Made by a program: the position numbers and the translations under genes. DNA of 64,000 bases from Octopus sinensis (taxonomy: Eukaryota): positions 70,680,001 through 70,744,000 of the forward strand of contig NC_042997.1 in the NCBI RefSeq assembly GCF_006345805.1, read 5' to 3'. The notes beneath the pieces were generated by a model. That model saw nothing but the letters and a program-made list of their open reading frames with translations, was not told the origin of the DNA and did no database searches. This document shows, piece by piece, positions 36,787 to 50,913 of this stretch. Every line of letters begins with the position of its first letter. The stretch's first letter is position 1.

Positions 36787-38200
36787 ATTGTTTAGTTTCA
36801 TTTCAAGATTACTTGCCTATAGAGAAAGAGTCACTTTATAACCTAGATCCAAGGCTCCTTCATTGGAATTTCAACGTCAACAGCAGGAATTTTTGTATGT
36901 ATGTATGTATATGTGCAGATTTGTATGTTTTGCTTTTGTATGTATTCTCATGCATATAGTTGCATATCTAGGCAAGCTCATATATATTTAATGCTAAACT
37001 TCTGGAAAGTTTTACAGATTTTTACAGTTCTAGTGATGTATTGGATCTGTCGTCGTCGAATTAGCTTTCACTTTTCTGGTTGTTATTTAGGCAGTGTGTT
37101 ACATATCCCAGGGCCCCAATAATTACAGGTATAAACCTGAACTTGTAATCTAGCTAAAGTAACTGCAGATTTCTCAATATTTCAGCGTAAGTATTCTATT
37201 TTTCACTGGTCTTCAGCTTTATGTTAACATACGTTGGGCAGCTAATTTCCATAACTGTACACAATTTCTCTTCTTTATCCTAAATCATTATATCAGGTCT
37301 GTTGTGCTTATATTTTATTGATTTTTCACTGGGATATTCCACCAGTACTTCTTTTCATTATGAGTGGCTATGGCTTCTACCATACTGTGGGTTCCTTGTC
37401 CTCGGTGTAATCCTTCCGATGGATTTGATTGTGCAATGTCCTAGCTACATCATGTCTCATCAGTAGATAATTCCGTGCTAACATTTTCGGACAATTGCTT
37501 ATAATGTGAGTGATAACTTCAGTGTTAACTCCGCAAAGTCAGCATCGGTTCTCACATTTTACTGCATTTCCTGCATCTCTGTCCCTTTTGGGCATCAGGT
37601 ATTTGGTTGATATTTCCTGTTTCTGGACTGCAAGACGCATACCCTTCAACGTGGGAGTTAGTAATCCGGCTATTGATCCATGATAGACTATTTTCTTGAA
37701 CAGTGTTATCATCCTAACATATGTTAGCTTTCTACCATGCATAGTATTCTGCTCATGTAGGCTCATCCTTTCGTCTCATGATACGTTGCGGTAGAGTCGT
37801 GCGACTTCTTTGGTCATTTAATCTAGGTTATCAGACAAAGAAAGTTGCTCAAGGAGCTGTCTTTCGAGACTGATGATGTTATCAGCCTCATGTATGCAAA
37901 CTTGGTCAAGTGATGGGCTTCGACACTTAGTGGTTAAAAGAAGTTGCCGAAGGAATATGATGCGACATTCAATGGCATTTTGGATCAATGTTAAACCTCT
38001 GCCGCCTTGTTTCTGTTTTAGATAGAGACGGCCTACGTCACTGTTTATGTGGAAATTAGATGTGCTTATTAATATTTTTCAGGTTTTCACATCAATGGCT
38101 CGGATCTCAGCAAGCGTCCAGTCAAGTAGCCCAAATGTTGGTATGAGTAGTGGCACTGCAAACACATTGTAGGTCACAGTTTTATTGAATGCAAACAGTT
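36787..38200 (-). pseudogene. R4/Dong-type RLE LINE (family B2): thumb, CCHC knuckle, RLE and 3' UTR
   Basis: VPLLIPTFGLLDWTLAEIRAIDVKT..NSDVGRLYLKQKQGGRGL; QEISTKYL..CENRC*LCGVNTEVITHIISNCPKM..RHDVARTL; EKLCTVMEISCP..YKFRFIPVIIGALGYV. The 3' end is followed by (CATA)n in the element's sense orientation. Confidence 0.88.
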
Positions 38201-38267
38201 CTGATGTCCAAATTTCTTATTTTTTACTTTTTCATTCGGTTGTAATATGCATGTATGCTTGTATATA

Positions 38268-38277
38268 TCTATATCTA

Positions 38278-38360
<83 letters not shown>

Positions 38361-38377
38361 ATATCTATCTATCTATC

Positions 38378-38408
<31 letters not shown>

Positions 38409-38458
38409 ATTATTATTATTATTATAATTGTTATTATTATTATTGTTATTATTATTTG
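38268..38458. repeat. (TCTA)n-(TA)n-(TTA)n compound microsatellite
   Basis: Direct inspection. Confidence 0.95.
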
Positions 38459-38709
38459 TATTAATTTTTGTATTTATATTCGTGTAACATCGTCTGCTTT
38501 CTGTCCTTGTTTCGTATATATTCGATCCTTTTCCAAGAAATTTAATGCTCGCAGCTTAGCTTTTCCTTGGGGTTGGCCAGATCGGAGCAATCTTAAGATG
38601 AATCAGCCGAACTTGCGAGGATGATCCGGTTCTTGTCTGAAGATTAGAATGACCCGTCCGTAATTTTTGATCGTCTATGTAAATGTTTTGCGTTCTTGTT
38701 CCAATTTGT

Positions 38710-38711
38710 AT

Positions 38712-38743
<32 letters not shown>

Positions 38744-38930
38744 CATACATACATGCATACATACATACAAGCATACATACATACATACATACATACATAC
38801 ATACATGCATACATACATACATACATACATACATACATACATACATACATGCATACATACATACAAGCATACATACATACATACATACATACATACACAC
38901 ATTATGTATATATATATATATATATATATA
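38710..38930. repeat. (CATA)n array with a duplicated internal variant block (catgcatacatacatacaagcatac)
   Basis: The variant block occurs near 38750 and again near 38848. Confidence 0.9.
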
Positions 38931-39789
38931 TGAATCACTATATATATTTATTTATATATGTTTATATGTATGTATACATGCACACACGTTATACACGAAT
39001 GCAAATGCACACATAGATACACACAAATGTGTTTACACATGTATCATACCCTACATAAATATATATGCATATTTATATAATACAGTGGTATATACACATA
39101 TTGGTGTGTACATACGTGTGTGCTCATGCGTATGTACATAGAAACGCCCATATTTTGCTTTTATGTTAACATCTTAAAACAGAAAATATTTTTGTATGTT
39201 TATTTCGCTTTTCATTTAATTATTTTCGTTTTCTGACATTCTAATGATTGTATCTGTTTATGCCGTTTTGTTGTTGTTGATGTTGCTGCAGTTGATTGAA
39301 ACATGTGTTTGTTGTAACATCAAGACAATTTGAAGTAACGTCTGAAAATAAATTGTAAATTTTATGGAAAGTTAAAAATACACACGATGTCATTTACGCA
39401 TTTGAAAACTTTTATAGGAATAGTTTTTGTGGGGGCACTACTTATATATGTATATATATAAACATATGCACACATGCACACACGCAAATATTCACACACA
39501 TGCACACACACACACATTTTATAGAAATACACATACACTCAGAAAATACAGTTGTTTCACATCATTCAGTTTAATTTCTTATCGAATATGAGAGTCGTGA
39601 TCTGCATTCCAATTTATAAAAACATTGACGCACTTCTAAAAGACATATGGATCATTCATATGTATGCATAAAATACACACATAGATGCATACTAATATAT
39701 GTGTGTTTGTGTATATATATATATATATACGCGTATCTGTCACTTACTGTGTAGATGAATACCAACCGCAAACTCTAGCTCGAAGTTAC

Positions 39790-41700
39790 TGTTTATTACA
39801 GATATGGTGAAACACTTTTCAATCTACGAGGACTTAAAGTGAACAACAACTCATCCGTGATAGGTGAGCTACAACATACTGGTCACTATACCGTTCCATC
39901 ATTAAACGATGTCTATGGACCACATACGCTACATTTGCTTGTATTCGCATTAGGTTTGGAATCAATGAAAGCTCAGTGTAGACAAAACATCTTCCTAAAT
40001 ATCTATTTGAAGCAGGAAAAAACCCTTTCCACATTACTATTCCTGTTAAACTGGTCAAAGAATTTTCCCCTTTCACATGTTTCAGGAACATTTCGTAAAA
40101 TATCGCAGGTATTTAACCGTATTGTTGCTGGAATACCAGAAGGCTTTTGATAGTGTACCACAAGGGTGGATCATCAAGTATTTATAGTTAACCAACGTTA
40201 GAAAACCATTAATGAGCACTATTGAGCGCCTGACCTAGACATGGTACACCACTTTGCCCCTAAAGAGTGACAAGGAGCAAATTGAGTAGTATAGGATTCA
40301 CTTTTAAAAAGGCATATTTCCAGGTGACATCCTGTCAGCTCTTTGTCATCTCATTAAATCCATTATCATACCTGCTCACAAAACATAATGGCCACAGAGA
40401 TGGATCCAAAATTATCTCCCATCTTTTCTTTGTCGACAACCTGAAACTGTATCAGCCAAATAAAATATAGACCCCCTTCAGTTATGAATGCCCATGGGAT
40501 TGCACATAGAAAGTTCCCCTCCGATGTACAAGTCCGGGCAAGGTGGTTTATGGAAGACCAGAAGTTGCCCGTGCATACTCGCCTCCCCTCTCCACACCAC
40601 TGGTGTTATCCAAGGGAAAATCAAAGGCCGATACAGCTTGGCATCAGTGACGTCACAACTCATTTCTACAGTTGAATGAACTGAAATAAAGTGCCTTGCT
40701 CAAGAACACAACAATCGGCCAAATATCGACCACATAAAAAACCCCATTTTTCTACAGACATTGGAATGAAATTTGGTAAGTCCTAATGTTCATTTTTAAT
40801 AATCAAACGTGAAAACTTTGTACCTGAAAACCTAGCAATGATCGACTTGACACAGATCTCTCCACAGAGCTCTCCTCGAAGAGCATTGGTAAAATCTGTT
40901 TTTCAGAATAACAATACAAAAATGGACCAGTTCACATGGGCACTTGACACGTGAAACGAAACAGAATGTATTGATCATGTCAAAAGCCTGGTATGGAGGG
41001 TCGACATGTTTATGACATCCCTCTTCGATGGCTACATCCATGCAACCCAAGAGCAAGACATCCTTACCAAGGAGATAACAGGTAGAAAAAAAATTGACAG
41101 ACAACATACGTAGGCTCTGTGAGACCAACGCTGAAGATATCAACTACATTGTTACCAACTGCGAGTGAATGTCTTCCAGATATTATCTGCATATGAGGCA
41201 TGATGTAGTGGCCAGAACAGTCTAGAACAAGATAACAAATCTGAAAACGCCTACAGAATTTGACTGCATTGAGACCAATGGATTATACGAATATTGGTAC
41301 AACTTAAGAATTAAAAAAAGTTAAAGCAAAACTGTCCAGATTATGTTGTGCGGGACCACAAGCAAAAGATATGTTCTATAGTGGAAATCAGCTGCCCCCT
41401 AAACACCAATGTGGTTAGAAAAATACAAGAAAAAGACGACATCTATGAGCCATTGTTATGGAGTTTGCAAATCCAGTACCCAGGATATACATTTGGCTTC
41501 TTTCCTATTATTGTTGCAGCAATATTAAAGATACCAACACGTCTGGTATCTTACTGAACTTGGGAATCTTGGGGAGATAACACAAAACCTTAATTCATAC
41601 GCTATGATCACGATATCTACGACTATAAAAATTTGCAAGACCAGCTGAAGACTTTAAGAATCATGGTTAGAACAAGATGCTATCAAAGCCTTGCTACCAA
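39790..41700 (+). pseudogene. R4/Dong-type RLE LINE (family B3), heavily degenerate, with a SINE inserted
   Basis: aaaggcatatttccaggtgacatc (GIFQGD); ISHLFFVDNLKLY; FDGYIHATQEQDI; RLCETNAEDINYIVTNC..RHDVVARTV; KICSIVEISCPLNTNVVRKIQEKDDIYEPLLWSLQIQYPGY..PIIV. Confidence 0.8.
40463..40715 (-). mobile_element. tRNA-SINE family C, 5'-truncated, nested in the R4-type LINE
   Basis: agacccccttcagttatgaatgcccatgggattgcac..gtgacgtcacaactcatttctacagttgaatgaactg..ccttgctcaagaacacaac is the reverse complement of the 21630 family. Confidence 0.85.
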
Positions 41701-41974
41701 GTAGGTGCCCTGTCAAAATTTACTCTATATTAAAAAGAGAAAGAAAACAAACCCCTACACACACACACGCACACACATACATATATACATACATACATAC
41801 ATACATACATACATACATACATACATACATACATACATACATACATACATACATACTGTTATTCAACAGATGCATACCTTTGTTTGCTTTGCATAATCAA
41901 CTATTCACTTGTTTAAGTAACTCATGCGTTGTTACCATCACATAAATACAGATTTTAACTGTTTATTTACAAAT

Positions 41975-42175
41975 AAGGCCTGAAATGTATTGGTGGGGTT
42001 GTGACAAGTCGATTACATCGACTCCAGTGCTCGATTGGTACTTAATTTTTCGACCCCGAAAGAGTGAAAAGCAAAGTTAATTTTGGCGGAATTTGAACTC
42101 AGAATGTAAAGACGGACGAAATGCCTCTAAGCATTTTGTCCGGCGTGATAACAGTTCTGCCAGCTCACTGCCTTT
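41975..42175 (-). mobile_element. tRNA-SINE family B
   Basis: aagtcgattacatcgactccagtgctcgattggtacttaattttt cgaccccgaaagag..ggaatttgaactcagaatgtaaagacggacgaaatgcc..ctgccagctcactgcc. Confidence 0.85.
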
Positions 42176-42213
42176 CTTTATTTACAATTAATAATTTCAA
42201 TAATAATTGCAAA

Positions 42214-42717
42214 CTAGCTTAAGGTGACCCGCTCTACGCGCGAGTAAGGTTGTGGTTGTTACTTTCTGTTGCTTCCTTTCTATCGCCACATTCTCACTCT
42301 TTATTTCTCTATCCTTTCTTATTTTCCCACTCTCTTACTCTTCCTTTCTCCCGGACTTTCCCTCGCTTTCTCTTACTCTTTATCTTTCTCTATCTATCTC
42401 TCTGCCATTTATAAAAAATTAGAATTCCGCGTTTAAATTACAAATCCGCTTCCACTTTACCATGTTGAAAATTTGATAGAGATCGGGCAAAAGGTGTCCG
42501 ATCTAGATCACCAAGTGTCCTCCAAAATCAATAAAATCCCAGTTTTCATACCAAAGCAACCACTGTAGGGCCACAAAACGTGTCCCTATCAATTTCCCTC
42601 CTCAAGTTACCCCCTCCTGTAAATTTGAAACCCCTTCCAGCCCCATTCAGACCCCTTTTTACATAAAAAACAATTTGTGTCCACGTTCGCCGTCTTCATT
42701 TTATAGATAGGATTAGA
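42214..42717 (-). mobile_element. Non-autonomous Helitron-like element
   Basis: The minus strand starts A|TC (42718|42717-16) ctaatcctatctataaaatg and ends with a cgcgcgtagagcggg hairpin followed by CTAG|T (42217-14). Confidence 0.6.
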
Positions 42718-42944
42718 TGCCAATCGCCACAATCTGGAAGGGCTTAGAGCCCCCTTGAATCTTCTCACCTAAGCAACCGCATCTTTTCAGATGGTGGGTT
42801 TTAACCAACTCAACTCTCTGCCTCATCACGCCTTCTATGTCTGTGTCAATTTTCAGCTCGATCTGACCACTAGTGTGGCCGCCAACCTCTGACGTAGCAA
42901 AACGTGCACATAATATTGACCCAAAGCCTCATTTATATATATAG

Positions 42945-43455
42945 ATAGCAGAGAAACCAGGTCTTGCTCGGGATTAAAATAGTTTATCATTGTTTTATTT
43001 GTTTCGGTATTATAACTCGATTTCATTCGGGTCTGCGCGGGCCACACTTTAAAGATGAGGAATTTTGCCCTAGAGGCCACACCTTTCAATTGAGCAAACT
43101 CAAAGTTGCCATGCAAACTCGCCAGAACGTTTAACATAGGTGTGCAATTTTCAACTGAATCCTACCATATTTACTAACGCTTTTGCCAGTATAACTGCTT
43201 GTGAGACAACATCTGCCCTTTTCACAAATATGTAGTAGACCTACAGAGATACCCGACCTTACTTGGGATTAAAACGGCATAGTTTTTCATTGTTTTACTA
43301 AGCCGATTTCATTCGGGTGTAATCGGGCCACATTTTAAAAGATGAGGAATGTTGTCCTAGAGGTTACGCCTTTCATTTGAGGAAAAAAATAGTTGCCATG
43401 CAAACTCGCTAGCACTTTTAACATAGGTGTGCATATTTTCAGCTCAACCGACCAC
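42945..43455 (-). mobile_element. Two tandem degenerate Helitron-like 3' segments (direct repeats of ~230-250 bp)
   Basis: 42945-43170 and 43240-43455 share gggattaaaa..cgatttcattcgggt..cgggccaca..aaagatgaggaat..cctagagg..gttgccatgcaaactcgc..taacataggtgtgca. Confidence 0.6.
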
Positions 43456-43478
43456 ATAATGCACACATAATATATATA

Positions 43479-43485
43479 TACGCAT

Positions 43486-43540
<55 letters not shown>

Positions 43541-43574
43541 GCATTAATATATATATATATATAATATATATATA

Positions 43575-43614
<40 letters not shown>

Positions 43615-43621
43615 GCATTAA

Positions 43622-43653
<32 letters not shown>

Positions 43654-43682
43654 TATATATATATGTACATATATACGCATTA
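43479..43682. repeat. Four copies of tacgcatta separated by variable (TA)n
   Basis: The motif starts at about 43479, 43538, 43612 and 43674. Confidence 0.9.
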
Positions 43683-43889
43683 TATATGTGTGTGTGTGTA
43701 TACAAATTATATATATATATATGTGTGTATATATATACACTTTGTATATATACATTATATACATATTTATATATAGATACAGGCACACACACATACACAT
43801 ATATAAATTAACCCAATATATATCTGATTCATAATATTTGTTCTCGTGATTGTGTGGTGGTGGTGGTGGCGATAATAAAACTATCTATG

Positions 43890-44210
43890 AATACGGAGAG
43901 TGAGAGACAGAGGGGGAGGCGGTGAGGGAAAAGAGTGACAGCGCTGGCGAAGGCGGCGGAGAAAGATAGACAGAAGAAGACATGCAGATAAGAGAATGAG
44001 AGGAGACTTGTCAAAGTGTGCGTTTTTTGCCCTAGTAATCACACCTTTTAAAATAGGGATTTCTAACCTAGCCCACTAACATCCTTACCTCATTTTACAT
44101 GTCCCTGTAAACTTTGGAGTCAATCCGTCGGGATCTAGTGGCCTTTAACCCGGTCCAATGCCAAAACCAGACAAACAAACTTTTCGCATTTCAGATTTAT
44201 AGATATTGAT
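43890..44210 (-). mobile_element. Helitron-like non-autonomous element, 5' portion
   Basis: cctgtaaactttggagtcaatccgtcggg..cagacaaacaaacttttcgcatttcagatttatagat has the same end architecture as 22590-22870. Confidence 0.5.
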
Positions 44211-45649
44211 TGAAGTTGAGGACGTCAGTTCTAAGGCATACTATGTTTCGTACAGGTTCCCAGTAAAAGGAATTAGAAGTCATTTTCAACAAAATGAAGA
44301 TTAAAATATCATTGCATTAATAGAACATAATTTATGGTAAAAAGTTAATAGGAGGAGACTGCTGAAAATCAAAACCTACTTACGGAAAACTACCCTAGTG
44401 CAAAAGGCCCAATCGACTTACCCCACCCGAAATTGCAGGCCTTGTATCAAAACATTCTATTTCAATTTATCTCACATTTCTTTCCCTATGTTTTCTTAAC
44501 TTACTCGTCTACTTTTCCCCACAGTTCCTCAACTATACATTTTATTGTGTCTTTCAATCGTATTCTCTCGTTTCACAGGTTAATATTCTTTCCTTCCTTA
44601 TAGTTATATGTACAAGATTTCGTTCTTTCAAATCTTTAAATTTTTCCAGTTTTCTCATTTCATGTTTCTGTTTTACCTTTTTCTAAATTTCTTTATGTAC
44701 TTCATTCATATTTTCATCCTTCACCTTCACTTAAGTTTCCTTTACACACATTGCTTATATCATTTCCTTTTCCTTCTTTTCTTCTTAGCATGAAATTCGT
44801 CGACATTTTTCATTCATTTAGAAAAAAACATTTCCGTCATTTGGCAACATGTTTTCATCTTTCCACGTTTCTCCCAGAAATATTACATTCGTTATTCTAA
44901 TTCATTGCTTCACACAGTAAAACATTTTTTAAACATAACTATGTGTACATTCTGTCATTTCGCTGGATCATGTGTTCAAAATGATGTTACTATATTGTTC
45001 TTGTTCACCTTTCAGTTCTTTATTCTGTCTTTCATTCATGCTTAATAACCTTCAATATGTATACATTCGTGTTTTCACACTTTCCTCGCTTCAGTCGAGT
45101 GTATACTTTAGTTCTTTTCTCCTGCCCCAAATTAACTTCCGGTTCATCGAAAAACTCGTGTTTTAATTAAATGCAATTTATGTTGCTCGAACGAATTTAT
45201 GGTCATTAAAATTTTGGCAAACAAAATCCATATATACATGTACATACATGCATGCATACATACATACATACATACATTCATACATACAGATCTAGATACA
45301 TACATGCATGCATATATATGAATGTATGTATGTATGTATGTATACATATATATATATATATATGTACATACATATATACATATACATATATGAATCTATG
45401 TACAATTTACTTATGATTTGTGTAGGTATATATTCCTATATGTAAGCATGTATGTATGTGTATATATATGTGTGTGTGTGTATTTATTTATATATGTATA
45501 TATATATTGGTATGCGTGTGCATGTATGTATGTGTATGAGTTGTGTATGTGTGTGTATATGTATATAGGAGGATGAGGTGTCGGGGTTGTGGGTTGTACG
45601 TTTCGTGCATGCTTCCATCTGTACATGTGTATAATAAATATATCCGTAC

Positions 45650-45900
45650 TCTTTAGCTAGCACGAAAGCAACAACCAGCACTACTGTGAGATAGAGGGTG
45701 AACAATGCTGGGGCAAGTACGCATCCTTGTTTAACTCCATTTATCAGGGCAAGTTCGCTTGCCCTGATGCTATCTTGTTCTAGAATGCCTGCATTCCTTA
45801 TGTGCAAGAAACTGACCAAGTTGATAACCTTCGAGGATATTAATGTTTCTTAAGAACCACCCTAAGTCCATCACGATGACAGTGCGCTGGTTTTCTACAG
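45650..45900 (-). pseudogene. RTE-clade (BovB-like) RT fragment
   Basis: HRDGLRVVLKKH*YPRRL..VSFLH..INGVKQGCVLAPALFTLYLTVVL, matching the GVKQGCVLAPTLF motif. Confidence 0.75.
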
Positions 45901-46006
45901 CCCCGATGATATTCAGAAACTGGTAAATAATTTGGTAGAGTTGTAAAACAGTTCAGCTATAGAGTTAGCATGAGAAAAACCAAATTCCTTTATAATTGTG
46001 TGTTAA

Positions 46007-46121
<115 letters not shown>

Positions 46122-46534
46122 GGGTGTGTGTATGTATGCATGTATATGTGTATGTATGTATGTATGTATATATATATATGTAACCTATATAGTAGATATA
46201 TAAACAGGGCAAATGCACTATTTCTCCATAGATTGTAAAAATGATGAACACTCTTAATGGATTTTCAAAACTTGTGTTCTCACCAGAGATGTCTACATCA
46301 ATTTGACCACTCCAGGGAAACAAGCAGCCAATCTGTTCATATACTCATCGAATCCAATAGCTACAGACATGGCTGTATTTGAGAATAAAATTATTTCTTT
46401 CTGTATCATTCAAAGCATCTCAACGCTTTGAAAGCAAACTTTGTTTGTTGACTCTCAATGTAAGTTGTATTTAGCGCACGATAGCGTCTTATAAAGCTAC
46501 TTATATATGCTAAAATTACAGAAGAATTTGTCGC

Positions 46535-46612
46535 TGAGCAGTTTAGCTTAATGTTAAAGCACTTGACGCGTAATCACAGGGATGTGAGTTCGAGTCTCAT
46601 AGCTGGCCGCCG
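46535..46612 (+). mobile_element. tRNA-derived SINE head
   Basis: gcagtttagcttaatgttaaagcacttgac..gtgagttcgagtctc has A-box and B-box-like motifs but no convincing cloverleaf. Confidence 0.45.
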
Positions 46613-46762
46613 ACAGATTTTCTGCAAAATATGGATAGTTTATCCTGTTACGGCTATATTATTAGCATTATCCTGCGTTTGAAATAAAATTATTTCCTTA
46701 TATAAAATATTTCCTTATATATATATATGCATGTGTGTGTGGTGTGTGTGTGTGTGTGTGTG

Positions 46763-46793
<31 letters not shown>

Positions 46794-48599
46794 TGTGTGT
46801 GTGTGTGAAAGTAAAAGTAAAAGAAGAAAATAAAGGACTTTAAGATGGAAAAAAGAAATATGTACCGGTTTCTGTCGTTTAAAGTGATATCTTCATTCCG
46901 AAAAATATTGAAAGGTATTAAATTAAAGTTTCACAATAATCTGTTCTGGGAGTTCAAATATATGTCTTGGTGCCCTGCTGATTGCGAGCTGGTAACGGGT
47001 AACGGGTAGGTTTAATGCTAATGGGAGGAGGGACATTAGTAGTGACAATAACAGTTACTGGCTGGTATCATTATGTGACAGTGGTAACAGTAATAAATAA
47101 GTCTGTTGATAGTAGGAAGAGGGATGACAGCAGCTACAACAATAAATAAACTTCCCTTTGACTTATAACAGTAAACAAGTTAATACTAGAGTCGGTCTGT
47201 AGCAATGTCTCTAACTCTAACCTAACAGTAGTCGTAGAGATGACGCTACGGCGGCTGTATCGTAAGTGTTGGCTGTTCTTGTTTCTCTTTCTTTACCATA
47301 AATATTTAGACAGGTTGGTATCTGATAGTAAAGGATGGTTTTTGTTAGGTCTACTCCTTCCAGAACTGATTATTATGATAGTTTAATTTAAATTCTTTCA
47401 ATATTTCAATTTATATTCCGGTGTGAAGACGTAATCTTAAACAACCGAAATCGTTAGAGATTATCTTCCTGCTTTCCATAAGGTCCTCCAAATATGTTCT
47501 TCTTTTCCTTAATTTTTCAATATATATTTATTCGTGGGTGTCCTTTTAACGCTTTAAACACGGTATATATGTGAGAATGTATGTGTGTGTATATATATAT
47601 GCATGTATGTATGGATGTATGTATGTATGTATGTATGTATAGATAAATAGATTGATAGATAGATAGATTAACACTTGATTCTTACTCTATCTCTTTCCAC
47701 GTCTACTCTTACTCTACCACTTTTCCACACTTTCTCTTTCCACCCATGTTTTCTTCCCTTGTACCTTTCTCTTCTCTCTCTTTCACTGTGTTTCTCCACT
47801 CTCTCTGTTCCTTCATCCCCTCTCTCTGTATCCCAGTCTTTTCCCCTCTATAGGCTTCCTCTGACCTACCACATGACCGGTGTCCAGTGAAGGCGGTGTC
47901 GTTCTTTTTCGCCCTGATTTGTCCGGACTGGTCGTGCTAGTCTATGCTCCTGCTACACCATCTCACCCTGCGTTACCCCACTTAGTTCGTTTGATAGCTG
48001 CAAAGCTTTTTCTATTGTGTTTGTGCTATAATTATTATTTAATATTTTTTTTCTTCTTGTGTAAAATATAGCTGTAAGTCTTCGCGTTGTTATATATGCA
48101 TAACTCTTCGTATGTTGTATTTGTATATCTCGTTTGTTTCTGTTTCAGTATACATTTACTAGCTTTTTCCTAGTAGCTTAATAACTGCACTGGCACCTCC
48201 AAGATTGAGTGGTCATTGACTGACGAGGAAAATTCGAATATTCTGTGTATCGTGTCTTTGTCTATATTCTCCGTCCATTAAGTTTTCATCTTAGTTCCTA
48301 TTTGCTTTACTTTCATCTAACTTTTTCTCCTTGTTGTGCTCTATCTGCTCAATCTTTGATACATATATACATACATGCATACATACATACATACATACAT
48401 ACATACATACATACATACATACATACATACATACATACATGCATATATACATACATATGTATATACATACAAATATACATACAAGGCATAAAGTCAGGTG
48501 TTAGTTATAAATTTATTTTATCACGTGACTTTCATAGGATTACGACAGGCTTGCAACCATCTTCGTGTCGTGTTTATTTCAGCATGCAAGAAAATGTGG

Positions 48600-48720
48600 A
48601 GGTTTTGTTCTTAGTATGTCGCACTTATGATTGTGAGATTGTTGTTTCAATTCCCGGACCGGACGGTGTGTTGTCTTCTTGAGCAAAACACTTCATTCCT
48701 CGTTGCACATCACAAAATCC
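48600..48720 (+). mobile_element. tRNA-SINE family C, 5' fragment
   Basis: cttatgattgtgagattgttgtttcaattcccggaccggacggtgtgttgtcttcttgagcaaaacacttcatt. Confidence 0.65.
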
Positions 48721-50867
48721 CGGATACCGACTTTGTGATCCTGTGGTACGGGAAGGACCGTTGACCCTTTTTCTTTCGTGTAAGAAATTATACGTACACG
48801 TTTATATCTGTATGCTCGGTATTGTAGAAAAGAATTATATTCACAAATTAAGGCAACTTCAGAAAGTTACCTTATCAGATCGAAACATTTTAGTTACATC
48901 AGCAGTTCAAGTATATATGTACAGAGAAAATTTTCTCTTTACATTTACGATGTATGGGAGGTCAGAATTGGAAAATAATTGCATCGATTTGATCAATAAA
49001 ATGTAAACAGGAAAAACACTATACAAAAAATTCTTCGCATATGAATGCCCTCCGATTACTTAAGTTAAAATGCCAGATAGAAATTAAGGAATTTACTATC
49101 CTTAATTTAAGCGAAATAACAACAGATAAAATAACAAATGAAATATAAATATATACGTAAATATTTTCAAAGTTTACGTGGACTGATAACGGTGTCCGTA
49201 GGAGGAGCTTACCCCTATAGACGAACCATTCACTGAAACCATTTTATATGACACTTTATTTATATATATATGTGTGTGTGTGTGTGTGTGAGTGTGTGTG
49301 TGTGTGTGTGTGAGTGTGTGTGTGTGTGAGTGTGTGTGTGTATGAGTGTGTGTGTATATGCATATGTACCTGTGTATGCTTGTAAGCATATGAATGTATG
49401 TATATACATGCATGCATATATACATACACACACACATATATCATTAGACAGGTTTGGGAACTTGTACAACTTTGTGAAACCCTTAATATTTTTACCGATT
49501 TTATTATTATAATGAACTAAATATTATGTACTGAATTACATATGCATACATACTTGGTGGTTCGTTTACGAAAGTATTTTTAAGTAAATTATTGTTACTC
49601 TCATCATCTCACCTTACTCGCTTTTATCTTGCTTCTTTCTTTGCTACATGTTATTCCTCTCATATACGTACGTTCTGACATACACGTGTACCTTTCTATC
49701 TTTCTCTCTTTCTTTCATTACCCTGTGTCTTTCTTTTTCACTGCTTGACATTTTCATCTCTAAATTCTCTATGTACCTTACAGCTACCTGTACATATACA
49801 TACTCACAATGCGTGAACACACACATACACATACATGCATAAGCAGATAAATACATATACTCACACACATACAAACACACACAATTTTACTCACAGATAC
49901 ACCTAAATAGTTCCAACCTTTCTTTTTCGCATCGTTGTCCTCACAGTTTTCTCTTTCTCTACTTCTCTTCTCAGTTCTAATTCGATGATGGTAAATAATT
50001 GACAACACACTGTTTTTAAGTGTATTTTTTCAAATTTATTCAACCACAGAAACTTTGAACCCAATTATTTCTTGTTTTAGAAATAATTCAAAATTTATTG
50101 AAAAATACACAGATGAATATATGGAGGGGGGGAAAAAGCGAAATGAACTGGTAGAATAGTTAGAGCACCGGAAATATTTCTCCCGGGGACCTTTACACTC
50201 TGATTTCAAATCATTCCCACGTACATTTTTCCCCTTAGCTTTTTACACTTTTCGATAGTTGTCCTTTGCTTCTACTTTTTGAGTTTCAGTCCTTCCAGGA
50301 CTTTCCATCCTTTGCCCACCAGATTTACCCTTTATTCTTTCTTCACAAGTAATAATTCACTCCAAACTACATACAAATACCCTTGCTAGTTACCCTTACG
50401 ATTTGAACAAGGGAATAAAGGCATTTTCACACTTGGGCTATAGCTTAAGTTTATATTACATGAATTATTTTCTACTCGCTGTTTTGAATTTCGTAATTAT
50501 GTCTGGATTTTCTCAGTAAGCTTACAAAAGGAATTCTAGAAATAAGGAAAGTCAGTGGCTAAGTCGAGGATTTTCAGAATATTCCCTTTTATATTTTCAC
50601 ATTCCTTAATGATTTGCTTCTGAATATTAGTTGTTCATCTCTTTGCCGGTGAGATTTGGACATCATTATCTTTTAGGTTAATAGGATTCTGTTACTATAA
50701 TCATCAGTTTGGTTATATTGTGGCGTGGGTTTTGTTAATTCTGGTGTTACCTTAGCTTTTTGTATATTGCACATTAAATTTAAAGTGTGTCTCTTCCCAA
50801 AGTGTATTAAAGCACAACATTATTCTGAATGATACTTAACCGTTAACAATTCCTACAAAACATGTGT

Positions 50868-50913
<46 letters not shown>

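Noticed and set aside
46210-46430. Unique-looking frame WIFKTCVLTRDVYINLTTPGKQAANLFIYSSNPIATDMAVFENK
   Set aside because: It is preceded by an in-frame stop right after the only plausible acceptor, and I recognise no homology.
48222-48245. CTGACGAggaaaattcGAAta; similar weak matches at 38590-38645 and 47419-47455
   Set aside because: The core is incomplete, stem II is too short or unpaired, and there is no stem I closure. At best these are decayed PLE termini.
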